A stretch of DNA of 63,438 bases, counting the filler, from Octopus bimaculoides (lineage: Eukaryota), in NCBI RefSeq assembly GCF_001194135.2. It is 5 parts of 4 records of this genome, joined end to end, with 100 filler letters (N's around TTAATTAATTAA, not from the genome) between each part and the next. Parts side by side here need not be neighbours in the genome. Positions count along the whole stretch, not along the records: positions 1 to 24,443 come from NC_068981.1; positions 24,544 to 33,070 come from NC_068986.1; 3 more parts are not named here. One strand, written 5' to 3'. A program made the translations under genes and the position numbers. This document shows, piece by piece, positions 11,601-24,599 of this stretch (the first letter of the stretch is position 1; each line of letters opens with the position of its first letter). The notes under the pieces were generated by a model that saw nothing but the letters and a program-made list of their open reading frames with translations, was not told the DNA's origin and did not search any database.

Positions 11601-14600
11601 TAAGGCGAGTTACACGGTGTTATTAGAAGTGAGATCGGCATTCTGGCAAGATCAAATGCATTAAGGGAAGAATTTCTTGAACCGTGAACCTGGACTGCTC
11701 TTTTATGGGACTTTCGGGATATCAAATAGATGGCCGGAAGGGCGTATGTGTGTGTATAGTAGCTGTATGAGTGGGTAGACGTGTGCTTCTGATGTATATG
11801 CGTGTGTATCTGCTATGCTTGTATGTAGTCGGGTCGCACGTGAGTGATAGCTGATGGCATTAGCCCGTTGTCGCGTATGTGCGTGCTAGCTAAAGTGGCG
11901 TACGTATGTGCGCATCGGCTATGTGTGATTACTAGCGTGGGAGAATGTGGATGTACGCAACAGCTGTGTAAATAATCTGCGTGTGTATCAGTTGTATGTA
12001 TGTGTATGTGTGTGTTTGTGAGTGTATATATTCGAATACCTGTGCATTAGTGCCCGTTGTATATGCGTATGTGCGTGTATGTGTTTAGGATGCGTGCATA
12101 GGTGTTTGTGCGTATGGATGATTAATGAACATGAGTATGTACATTCCTCTATTTATACGTGTAGGTATGAATGTTAGCGTGTTTGTCTGCAAGAAAATAT
12201 ATGCGTACGTATGTATGTTTTTATCTAGTGTGTGCGTGTTTATACGTATACATAGCATGTTTTTGATAATTATGAGTGCAAGCATTACTAGTGTATGCTA
12301 GTGCGGTTGTAACAGCGTTGCTCTACGGTAGTGATGGAATTTAGCGTTGGATTGAGATTTGTTGATGCTAGGGGAAGAAATAAAAAGAGTAAACGCATAC
12401 TACATAGATATACATAGGTGTATGTGTCGATGCGCATATCTACGTATATGGAAACGAACGTAGGACGCTACGAGGGGTGGGTGTGCATAAGTTTACAAGG
12501 TCGGTCTTGGTCTGTGTAAATGTCGGTGGTTGGGAACCCTCTCCTTGGTTGTAGAGCAGCCAGTGTTGAGATGCAGTCATATATATGTGGGAAAATAGGA
12601 AGTATAATACATTTTTCCTCGTCACAATTTTCTGCTACAGAACCGGCAGTTTCGGGAAATATATATTTCTCTTCAAGTCGTTTTAGAAGTCAGACTCCCT
12701 CTGTAAACAATAGTCGCATGAAGCTGACTATAAATTTGCGGGTTGCTTCAGACTTAAATTGCAGTCCGGTTTCAATAGTTATTACATTTATGAATGATTT
12801 CTATATTAAAGTAGACAACGCATATGTGGACAGGGGTTGCAATAGGTTGGGAAGCGCCCTTTGAATACGGTACACTATGTGCATTCTTGCACAATATTAT
12901 TGTGGTTTTTATTACTGACCACTGATTGATTTTATACTGTTTTATAAAGCGAATTGAAGACTTGGCTTTGAGATGGCTTTTCGTTGTTAATTATGGTGCA
13001 ACAGTTTGAATTATGACACGAGATTGTAAGGTCTGGAATTTGTAGGAGTTTATTGTGTTAATTGCATGTGCTTCAAAAGAAAGAGAGGGTGATATATGAT
13101 ATTGTGATTTTGTTACCATCAGTAATGGCATCTGTGAAATAACAACAGACAAAAGATTGCTATGTCTCCATTAGACAGTGTTTCTGAAATATGTTGGAAA
13201 TATCGGTTGGCGGGATATAATGTGGCGTGAATAATGGCATCATTTTTGTGACAGCCAATAAACCATTAATGCTCATGGTGAAACAGCGGTGGGTCCTTAA
13301 ACAGATTACCTGCTGCGATTTTGTTTAGATGAATCAACTCATCATTAATAGAAATAATAGATCATGAATTTTTAATTTGACACCACAAGTAGAAAATTCA
13401 TGATGAAGTTATTCGTTCATCAATGTTCCAGGTTAGATAGATGCTTAAGTATGAATGCTTTACCTTATGTTCAACTGTTTTGATTAAGATATATACGAGT
13501 GTCTAAATTTTTTTCGTAACTGTATGTTCTAGGATTCAGTCAAAGTATTCCATACATCTGGTGTCTTATAGTATTCTATCGGTTGCACTAATAATTTGCG
13601 AATGAAACTCCTAGGTAGAATTCGTGTGGAAATCACATACAATTACACACACAATCACACACAAACACACACACACACACACACACACATTCACACACAC
13701 ATACACGCACTCACACATTAACACTCACACACACACATGCGTGTGCACACACACACACACGTACGCGAAAACAGCCTCACGCACCACCACCCCAGACACA
13801 CACAAAACCTCTACACACATACACACGCAGAAACAAACACGGGATCTAGTGAAACTGATTCAAAAATCATCCCCCTTTAATTTTGCTCAGATACCTTTCA
13901 ATTTTGGCGTATCGATGCAACTCTGAATTTTGATGAGAATCAACCAATTACTTTATCTCGTAAATTAAAGAATCTGATGTTATTTAGAATTAAAGTTGAA
14001 AAATTTGGGTAATTTTAGCCAATCAACAGACAGCGAGGCATTAACAGCTTGTTACCATGACAACCACACGTTGTGTTGTGTTTTACTTCACCCGCACGTT
14101 GTGTTGTGTTGGTTCTTCACACCACGAGATTTACTTCACCCGCGTGTTTTGCTTTAATAAAATTTATGTTTATCAATTAGAATCTTATATATATTTTTCG
14201 TCAATTGTCTTAATATTTTACTTATTTTTCATATATTTCGTGAAGTTTTTCTGTGTTTACATTCGTTGCAACGAATGCCTTTCAATTTAAACCAAGGTCA
14301 GGCCAGAATGAATCATTCTGTATTTTTATTGAAGATGTAGGACAGCATTATCTAATCACATAAACAATATCATTCAGCTTATATTATTTCGCTGATAGTC
14401 CATTCCTCTGCAACATTATCTCAAAAATCTGAAGGCAGAAAAACAAGGTGAGAAAACATAATAATAAACATCAATTGTTTACAACTTGTACTCATTGTTT
14501 GCATAGTTACAATTGGATCACCTGAACATTGAATAATTAAATAAGATTTCTATGAAGACAATTTGTCACTAGAGAACCTAACAGCTCATTTCAGAGACGC

Positions 14601-15193
14601 TAAACTATAAATTTCATAGTGTACAACCTTAAAGTTGACACTGCTAAACGTAGAAAATTTCAGTCTCGCTATTGACTAAAAATACAGTTTTTTCGATTTT
14701 TAAACCTTTGTAACTTTTCCCTCCAATTTTTTTCTCCAGAACGTCATTCCTTCATAGCAATATGAGTGAAAAACTACATTAATATAGACGATTATCAGAT
14801 TTTTTTTACTTCCTTTTTAAAAATGCACACACATGCATGCATACATACTCACAAACATACATGCACATACATGTATAGACTGAAATGTTTGTGCGTACAC
14901 GTGTATGTACGTGTGGTTGTGTGCTGGCGTATTGTGCGTATGTGTGTGTTCTTCTTTGTGGTCGTTAATCAGAAAATTCTTGAAAAGAACGATGCAGGTT
15001 GTTTACGAGCTTGAAACTCAGTTGTTGAACAAAAGAAACAGAATAATTGCTAGACATTAAAAACAAGTCTTATGGTAAATTTGACCGATTAAAACCCTTC
15101 CGTGGGATATCCTGTCTTATACGCGACTCAACGATGCAATCAAATATTTAAAAGACAAGCTAAGAATTAATTGTTAGAATATTTCATTTATCG

Positions 15194-15367
15194 GAAAGCG
15201 GCGAGCTGGCAGAATCGGAATTGAAATTCCGCCGAGGTTGACTTTACCGTTCTGCCTTTAGGGGTCGATAAAATAAATAAGTACCAGTTAAATACTGAGA
15301 TCAATATAATCGACTTACCTCATCTCACGAAATTGCTGTCCTTCTGCATAAAATGAAACCAATATTT
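15194..15367 (+). mobile_element. tRNA-derived SINE, internally deleted
   Basis: Head gcggcgagctggcagaatc..aaattccgccgaggttgact and central ggggtcgataaaataaataagtaccagtt..taatcgact, which I recognise as an abundant octopod SINE family. Confidence 0.7.
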
Positions 15368-15966
15368 CATTTAACGTTCGCAAACTCTGTCGATGTAAAC
15401 CAATGAAGATTGCCGGAAGGATATGAACTAGGTAACAGTAGGAAACAGTAGGAAAAGTGAACAAATGAGCAGAAATATTACGGACATACTATTAAAAACA
15501 AATTCTACCAACTTATCACGAATTTCGACATATTAGAAATAAAACCTAACAGCGAATTCCAGTGAATTTTGTTGGTCTGTCAGAATATTTTCTTATATTT
15601 ATCTCATATTTTGAATACATACGCTCTTAAATTCTGCACCAATTACGAAGCTGTTATGTAATATCTCCCAGTATTTCTTTTACTGTGTGCTATTTAAAGT
15701 AGACTTTCTTTTAACATTCTGACATCAGCTCTTTGACCAGGTGGTCAGATTGGTCCAGTTAGTTCAGCAATAAACCATGCTCGCTGGTATTTCTTGGCAT
15801 ACCACTTCACTTTGATATCGTTAGTGTGATATTTTCTTTATTCTCTTCGATTTGCTTCTTTGTGATAGTTTAAAATACTACAGTCTTACAGAACTTATCC
15901 CTACCATGCTACCTTTTCATTTCAAGAAGTATAATATTTGCACACATTCACACACAGACACACGCA

Positions 15967-16022
<56 letters not shown>

Positions 16023-16094
16023 TGTTGGTATATATATATACATAACGATTACATGTTTATCTCACCAATACATTGTAGAGATATCATTATATGA

Positions 16095-16127
<33 letters not shown>

Positions 16128-16130
<3 letters not shown>

Positions 16131-16945
16131 GGTGTGATGAGTAAATTGTCGCCATGTTATATTTTTAATTTCGGGCATGCGCATTGTTTCTTTTGAATTT
16201 TGTTGACTACACAGTACAGTAGGGTCAGAAGGGCAACGTCTGTGAAAAAACAACACCATGACGCAATTCACTCTGCCAGATATTTGGAAACGACATGCTT
16301 TACTGCTTGGCGTTTGCACTGGCAGCTCCAATACGAACATTTCAGAGTGTTTGGGTATCAATCAGAGGACAGTGCAAGTATCGAGAGGGATTAAAATCAA
16401 AATCCAGTTACCATCATGGTGTCTGGAGTGATCACTAGTGATAGTGATCTTATGCCTTCATTCATCTTCCCACGCGGCCTCAGACTCAACCAGGTGGCCT
16501 ACATCAAGTGCCTAGAGGAGGTAGTGCTACGCTGGGTCAACAGGTTCGCTGCTGGATGAACCTATGTCTGGGAACAGGATTCTGCACCATGCTACACAAG
16601 AAGGAGAACCCAGTCATGGTTGTCAGACAATGTCTGCGACCACATCACTCCTAACATCTGACCATCTAACTCCCCAGATTGCAATACCGTTAATTATTAT
16701 GTGCGGGCACAGTTGAGCGAGAGACCAACAAAATTCCTTGTAACACCTAAGATCAACTGATAGCAAGGATTATGGCAGCATTCACCACCTTAAACAAGGA
16801 GACAGTCCAGGACAGTTGCAGGAGGTTTTGAAGTCGTCTGGAAGCTGGGATTGAAGCCAATGGCGATTTTATTGAATAAATTTTCTCTTAAATATTTCAA
16901 GATATTTTTATGTAATTTTGGTTAATATATCTGTTAAAATGAGCT
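16128..16945 (+). mobile_element. DD37D/maT-like transposon deletion derivative
   Basis: Starts TA|CAGGGTGTGATGAGTAAATTGTCGCC inside (TA)n. A short N-terminal fragment joins directly to PVTIMVSGVITSD..YIKCLEEVVL..YVWEQDSAPC..SPDCN..RLEAGIEANGDFIE*. No 3' TIR seen. Confidence 0.85.
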
Positions 16946-18075
16946 GTTAATGTTATCTGACAAGTTAATTCAAGAACGGATAATTTAGTTGAATGAAGAT
17001 TAAATCCCAAGTTAAGAATTGTTAAATATCAAGCAATGACTTTGTTGTGTATCTCTGAGTATGTTGCTATATTCTGTAATTAACCGAATACCTATGTCTA
17101 CATTTTTTTACTAATTTTGGTTGCTTTTTATTAATACATGAAATGGTGGGAGACATTAAATAAACTGATACATAAACAATATCATTAATACATTATTTGC
17201 TTTATGTTAAAAGTCGCTCACATGGTTACTTTCTCAATTTTAACTTATACGTGTAGGTGGCTGTGAAATAAGATATCTGCTTCCCAAACATAGGTATTCG
17301 GTTAATCACAGAACATAACAACATATTCAGAGATACACAACAAAGTCATTGCTTGATATTCAAAAATTCTTAACAACTACCTAAGGGATAATAGAAATCT
17401 AAAATACTACTGGATGTATACCTATATATATATCCAAATACTTACTGTTTTAAGGCAATAGTGTAATTGAATAATAGGTATGTGTGGAGGTAAACAAAAG
17501 TTTAACCAGAATTTATAAGGCAAGGAAGAAAATGGAGAAGATAATTAATTGACAAACATCAGCTAGATCCATCTATTAATTAATTAAATCATATGAATCT
17601 AGCTGATGTATGTCAATTAAGTATCTTCTCCATTTTCTTCCTTGNNNNNNNNNNNNNNNNNNNNNNNNNNNNNNNNNNNNNNNNNNNNNNNNNNNNNNNN
17701 NNNNNNNNNNNNNNNNNNNNNNNNNNNNNNNNNNNNNNNNNNNNNNNNNNNNNNNNNNNNNNNNNNNNNNNNNNNNNNNNNNNNNNNNNNNNNNNNNNNN
17801 NNNNNNNNNNNNNNNNNNNNNNNNNNNNNNNNNNNNNNNNNNNNNNNNNNNNNNNNNNNNNNNNNNNNNNNNNNNNNNNNNNNNNNNNNNNNNNNNNNNN
17901 NNNNNNNNNNNNNNNNNNNNNNNNNNNNNNNNNNNNNNNNNNNNNNNNNNNNNNNNNNNNNNNNNNNNNNNNNNNNNNNNNNNNNNNNNNNNNNNNNNNN
18001 NNNNNNNNNNNNNNNNNNNNNNNNNNNNNNNNNNNNNNNNNNNNNNNNNNNNNNNNNNNNNNNNNNNNNNNNNNN

Positions 18076-18111
<36 letters not shown>

Positions 18112-18118
18112 GTTTCTG

Positions 18119-18350
18119 ATGTGTGTGTGTATGTTTGTGTGTCTGTTTTTGTCCCCCTAGCATTGCTTGACAACCGATGCTGGTGTGTTTATGTCCCCGT
18201 CACTTAGCGGTTCGGCAAAAAGAAACCGTTAGAATAAATACTACGCTTAGAAAAAATAAGTCCCGGGGTCAATTTTCTCGACTAAAGGCCGTGCTCCAGC
18301 ATAGCCACAGTCAAATGACTGAAACAAGTAAAAGAGTAAAAAGAGTAAAG
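18119..18350 (+). mobile_element. SINE 3' module (abundant family)
   Basis: tttgtccccc..ttgacaaccgatgctggtgtgtttatgtccccgtcacttagcggttcggcaaaa..gtgctccagcatagccacagtcaaatgactgaaacaagtaaaagag is the reverse complement of the copies at 43904 and 49503. Confidence 0.85.
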
Positions 18351-21300
18351 AGTATATATGTATATACTTTGTTAATAAAGTTGCAAAGACATCACAAAAA
18401 CTGTTAATCAGAGTTTCACGTTCCCGTTCGTCGGACAGTTTTGGTTTAAAATGGAACAATATATGGTTATATCCATAGATATATAGTTACTTTGATAAAT
18501 ACACATTTGAAAATGGTTTTGTTTCATTGGTCCTTTCAACTAGTGGCCTTTCTAATAACCGGTTACATGAAATTACAATTACAATTTAAAATCGCATTAT
18601 TAAACAAATCGAAGAAAACCTTAAATCAAAATTTANNNNNNNNNNNNNNNNNNNNNNNNNNNNNNNNNNNNNNNNNNNNNNNNNNNNNNNNNNNNNNNNN
18701 NNNNNNNNNNNNNNNNNNNNNNNNNNNNNNNNNNNNNNNNNNNNNNNNNNNNNNNNNNNNNNNNNNNNNNNNNNNNNNNNNNNNNNNNNNNNNNNNNNNN
18801 NNNNNNNNNNNNNNNNNNNNNNNNNNNNNNNNNNNNNNNNNNNNNNNNNNNNNNNNNNNNNNNNNNNNNNNNNNNNNNNNNNNNNNNNNNNNNNNNNNNN
18901 NNNNNNNNNNNNNNNNNNNNNNNNNNNNNNNNNNNNNNNNNNNNNNNNNNNNNNNNNNNNNNNNNNNNNNNNNNNNNNNNNNNNNNNNNNNNNNNNNNNN
19001 NNNNNNNNNNNNNNNNNNNNNNNNNNNNNNNNNNNNNNNNNNNNNNNNNNNNNNNNNNNNNNNNNNNNNNNNNNNNNNNNNNNNNNNNNNNNNNNNNNNN
19101 NNNNNNNNNNNNNNNNNNNNNNNNNNNNNNNNNNNNNNNNNNNNNNNNNNNNNNNNNNNNNNNNNNNNNNNNNNNNNNNNNNNNNNNNNNNNNNNNNNNN
19201 NNNNNNNNNNNNNNNNNNNNNNNNNNNNNNNNNNNNNNNNNNNNNNNNNNNNNNNNNNNNNNNNNNNNNNNNNNNNNNNNNNNNNNNNNNNNNNNNNNNN
19301 NNNNNNNNNNNNNNNNNNNNNNNNNNNNNNNNNNNNNNNNNNNNNNNNNNNNNNNNNNNNNNNNNNNNNNNNNNNNNNNNNNNNNATATATACATACACA
19401 CACGTATATATATATATAGGTATACATATAGAAATACGTGTACAGATATGTATATATACATATGTGTGTGCGCGTGCATGTGTATGTGTGTACGCACGCG
19501 TGTGTAGCTATATGTATATAACTGTATATGAACTATGTACGTAAAAAATAATATTGATTTAGAAGACCTAATTGCCAATATTGCCTTATTACACCTATCA
19601 ATTCTGCCTCTTTTATTCAACATAATCATGTATAATATGTGAATAAAATGAGTTGTCAATTTGTAGTTATAAAATTAATGCATTAGAAATACTCAGATGG
19701 ACACCTATGTTTATACTGGGAACAGATAAGTGTTGACTATAAAGTGTATGTGATATATAATTCCAAAAGACGTACGATGATTCAACAAATATAAAGTGTA
19801 CAAATCGCTAGCACAATCATTAACTGAAGAAATATATTTGTTCTATGTTCCAGATGAAAATAACTCCAAGGTGAAAAGGAAAAAAGAATTACACAAGCAG
19901 AAATGAAATGCAAATACGTATAAGAAAAAATATTGAACTATTTATTCTTGAACATAGACAGAAGAGAGAAAAAATTAACGTTTTCTTCGAAGCGTAAACT
20001 TTCCACTTGGACTGAAACTTTTCAGAGCAATATCTCATACTCTACTGTAATGGAAATTTTAACTGAAATTAACTTATTCATATAATGCAGGAAGATTTTT
20101 ATTAACGTCATAAATTGAATTCTAAAGATTCTAGTATATGGAACGACACAAATATATACGCTTCAAACAAACAGCCTTGTACATACCTATGTAAATAGAA
20201 ACAATTTGAAAAATTGGTGCAAAGGATAGAATTTTCGAAGCAACAAACTTTAATTGAAAAGAAAATTATTTATCAATGTCTCAAAACTAATCTTGAGAAT
20301 TCAGCAAGAGCCGGTTTATTGATGAAGTTTTAGTCGTTGTTATCGAAGAAATAACCATGTATTTCATTGTTAGGGAACAAGTTACATATAACTGAATAAA
20401 GTATTTTTCAATAGTATCCAAACTTGTTGGTCGTTTCATATTGTTATATACTGCAGCGGCTGCAGATGCTGCTAGATATTGTTGCCTAGAAAGGCTATTT
20501 GCAGTTAAACATTTCTGAATATTCTCGGCGTGGCTTTTCCTTTAACCAAATAATGAACTCTAACCAATGAAAAATTTGTTAAATCTCGATTGAATATTTG
20601 AGTATAACTTTGATGACCTCTCTAGTATATACTATTTGCTAACACCAATTCATACAACTGATATGAATATTTCCTCTACTTGGAAGTTTATCTGATAACT
20701 ATAGTCACAAAAGAACTTAAATCTAATACATAATACATACATATATTTCTGGTCGTTTGGAAAATACATCTTCCATATAAAAATTCTGAGATAATACAAA
20801 AACATTGAAAGAAGCATTCACTCAACGCTGTGAGTTCATACCCCTTCTTCGAATCTGTTTTCTATCTCTTTAGTTGCTAATGAAAAAAGTACAGGTGAAA
20901 AGAATTTCACAAAATTTGTTCTTCCTGGGAAATATGAATAATTTATGAATAATTCGATTTTGCGAACATAAATAAATTAGTCACCAGGCTCTACATCCAT
21001 TCCCCAGTAACGGTGGCGGAGGATACTTATAATTAATTACTTTGCAGTGCTGTCACAGAAACATAATGAATAACCAGAGACAGTATTTTGTTGAAACTAA
21101 TATAATTGCCAGGTCATATGTAAAAATATTTTAAGCACCTGATCCTATTAGTTTCACTTTTCATTTTGTAGCACTCTTTTGTGAAAGACTGTAATCTTTG
21201 GAAACGAGGATAAATTACATTCATTAGATATGTATACAGTATAATGTTTATGTTTGCTAAACATCTCGTCTGTCTGAGAATGTAGGGTATTTGGTCAATA

Positions 21301-24300
21301 CATAGGACGTGCGGTAGCTTGGAATCAAGAACTAAACTATAAGTTTAGTCTTAAACCAATGATAGCTTAAGTCTGTTTCCCAATCTGAATGTAGGAGATA
21401 TAGAAATGTAAAAAACACCATGACTAATCATTAAGTAAATACAAAGTGTTTTATGCAGTTACATTAATAACTTGAAACAAATAAATAATGGGTTATAGGT
21501 AAATAAGTATACGAGATCATAATCATGTTTAATAAAGATCTGTGAGGAAATGATAGGACATTCAGTGACTCTTGTTTAGACTCTGACAAAATTGCTCTTC
21601 ACTTCAACAGTTTAACGTTGGTATGGCATACATTGTTATTCTGCATATGTCTGCTAAAATCGGGAACAAATCCAAGTAATAGTAATTTATAACCTGGTGT
21701 GTACCTCTAAATTGACAAACTAATTAAGCAGAAGATGGGCTATTGTTAATCATGCTCTTCATATCTACACATATCTTCAATTTCCGTCATTTATGGCTGA
21801 TAAAACAACTTTACACGATATATTTATCCATTATGAAAACTGCACCATTGGATATAGACTTATCTTAAAATGAAATATAAATGTTTGGAGTTGATAATAA
21901 TCACGTACAAATATGTTCACGTAGGTGAACAATCGACTCTGAATATTGGCCAGGAGAGAAAAATTCTATATGAATCTCATTAGAAACCATTTAAAACTTT
22001 CCATGGTAATTTAAACATTTACATCTTTTTGTATTTGAAGAATTGTTATGTCTTGTTGAGTAAATAAGGTGAGATCATCGGTTAGCTTTACATGCTAATT
22101 CATGCATACATAATGAATTCAGTTCGCAGCATATGAAACTCATGAACCATTTATCGATTGATTTGCTAAGTCTTCTGTCACAAAACTATTATGCTACGAG
22201 ATTTGGACTTTAAATGTAACAGTCATAGAGATATCAATAATAAAGACATCAGTGAATATACTAGTACCGACAATAAATGATCTCTATGAACTTGAGTAGA
22301 TGCCAATGTGATTAGTTGAAGGCAGATGATTAGAACAGCTCATGTTTGAAGAAAGTCAAAGCCATCTCCAAAGCACTATCGCAATAAAGTTTACATAGGT
22401 CATTGGTTATAGAAATTATAACTACAAAGCATTTTGCGTTGTGAAGAAAATAGAGGTGAGCGTTTAGCAAAGTTGATAGCAAGTAAAATTAAGTGTGTTA
22501 TAATGAATGTTATTATTTGTTTTGAGATGAAGGAGGAGAATGCAAATTATAAAGTGAGACAGTTATAATCGATTGGATCAAAACCTTTCTGGTATTGTAG
22601 ATTCCATGTCTTGATCCTAGTAAGTCTGACAACCCGGCAATCGTTGCAGTGAATACCAGTAATGAAATTTTGCGCAAATGCATATATATGTGGGGAGGTG
22701 CGTGCTGCACGTGCAAACGTATGTTATATGCGTGTGTACTGAACCGTAGCATAGTTTATTTAACGTCCGTTCTTGTACAGTTTCATCAGTATGGATTTTA
22801 GAAATGGTAGGCGGGAAAATGTTTTATGGCCAGAAAGAAGAAATATAGCAACCTCAACATTGGCCTTACCGAGGTGATTGCTTCGAGCCATAAGTTCTTC
22901 AGTATGTCCTCCGAAACATTAAAGTACAGTTATAATATTCTTACCCTCTACTAAATATTGTTGTGCAGTTGTTTTCAATATAAGCATAAGAACATTCACC
23001 CTTTCCTCCCGTAAAGAGAAATTCGACAGAGAAGTATCATATCATAATAAAGCCTTAAGCAAAATTAGCTTCAACAATAGGTATAAATACACGTTTTACC
23101 TATTTACCTCCCGAAAATATAAAATTTCTACGAAATTGTCTCTTTTTTTCAGGAACAAAACAGGAGGATTCAATTTTTTATCCGCAATGACAGAGGGGAA
23201 AGCTTTTGATAAGCTTATCCTAATCCTACCACATATTTTAGAGTAAATATGAAAAACACGTTTATAGATTTATTAAAATACACCTAACGGCTGAAAGACA
23301 ACAACACTGAATACTCTATTAAATATAGAATTAAAGACAAAAGTGGGCATACATCAATGGTACAGAATGATGCTCTATATTCACTGTGGAAAATGTTACT
23401 AAATAGCATTCTACAAATTTAGATTGTTTCAGAATATACAACATTTTTTCAAGTTTCTCTTAAATTCTTGTATTACACAAATACCTCTTATGGTGAAACA
23501 ATTTTCCTGCACGTTTTATTTGTTATTTCTAACCAGAAACTATATTTACTTTATTTTAATATTCAAATGTAATTATTAATACATACTCACACATACTCAC
23601 ATCTTTTAATTGTTACATTTTTTTTATATTCGTTTCAAATAGCATTTCTTTGTTTTCCAATTCTTCCCTTGCTATCATTTTTCTTATCCTTTAATGCCAC
23701 GTGACTTTAATCTTAGCATTAAATACGCCGTTAAAACAAATTTGTCTCTGCTAAAACTAAATACATTCTTGTACTTTGTATGAGGGTAGGATAATACATC
23801 TGACAAGATTTCACTATTTTCAACAACGTAAAAATAATAAGGAGTGTCCTGTCTCAACAATACATAATAATGTGGAATATTTACACGAAAAGACAAACAT
23901 ATGACTTATGCATACTCGCACGATAATGTTATTGAGTGTTTTTGCATTTTCCTGACTTATGCACTGATAAGCATTAGACTAGAAGTGTATCCTTATCGTA
24001 AAGGTGTTTGGACTTAGAACTGCAGAATCGTGAATTCCATTGTTGGATTTGTCAGCGCATTGTCTTCATGAGGAAGGAACATTGCTTCGCATCTTTCAAT
24101 TCGATCAGCAGAAAATAGTTAACCAACAACTACTAATGTAGATCTACTCTCCTCGTTGTTCCGCTTGACTACAAACAGAAGGCGGGTAAAAGTAACAGAC
24201 AGTAAACGCCTTCAAGTAACTCGAAGGCGAAAACGATCTGCTAGTTTGTATCCACCTCCTGTTAAGCATAAGTTTGTTCGTATTTGTGTAGATGATTGCA

Positions 24301-24443
24301 TGTATGTATGTATATGTAGATACACATACACATATATATAAGTATATATGTATGTATATACATAAATACACACAAACACACACATATGTATATATATATA
24401 TGTGTATATATATATAGCTATATATATATATATATATATATAT

Positions 24444-24543
24444 NNNNNNNNNNNNNNNNNNNNNNNNNNNNNNNNNNNNNNNNNNNNTTAATTAATTAAN
24501 NNNNNNNNNNNNNNNNNNNNNNNNNNNNNNNNNNNNNNNNNNN
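24444..24543. other. Artificial scaffold join N44-TTAATTAATTAA-N44
   Basis: Exactly 100 bp; the 12-mer is palindromic with stops in all six frames; identical structure occurs four times. Confidence 0.95.
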
Positions 24544-24587
<44 letters not shown>

Positions 24588-24599
24588 TACATATATATA

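Noticed and set aside
14399-14447. 49-nt plus-strand micro-exon candidate (gatag|..AAG|gtgaga)
   Set aside because: Splice-like sites alone are common, the peptides are unrecognised, and no partner exons were found.
19700-23000. Scattered LRR-like phrases on the minus strand suggesting a decayed Toll-like or LGR gene
   Set aside because: The phrases fall in different frames amid many stops, and no TIR, LRRCT or 7TM region is recognisable; likely chance pattern-matching.
24488-24499. TTAATTAATTAA as a biological homeobox or PacI-like motif
   Set aside because: It is always centred in exactly 44+44 Ns, so it is an assembly linker.
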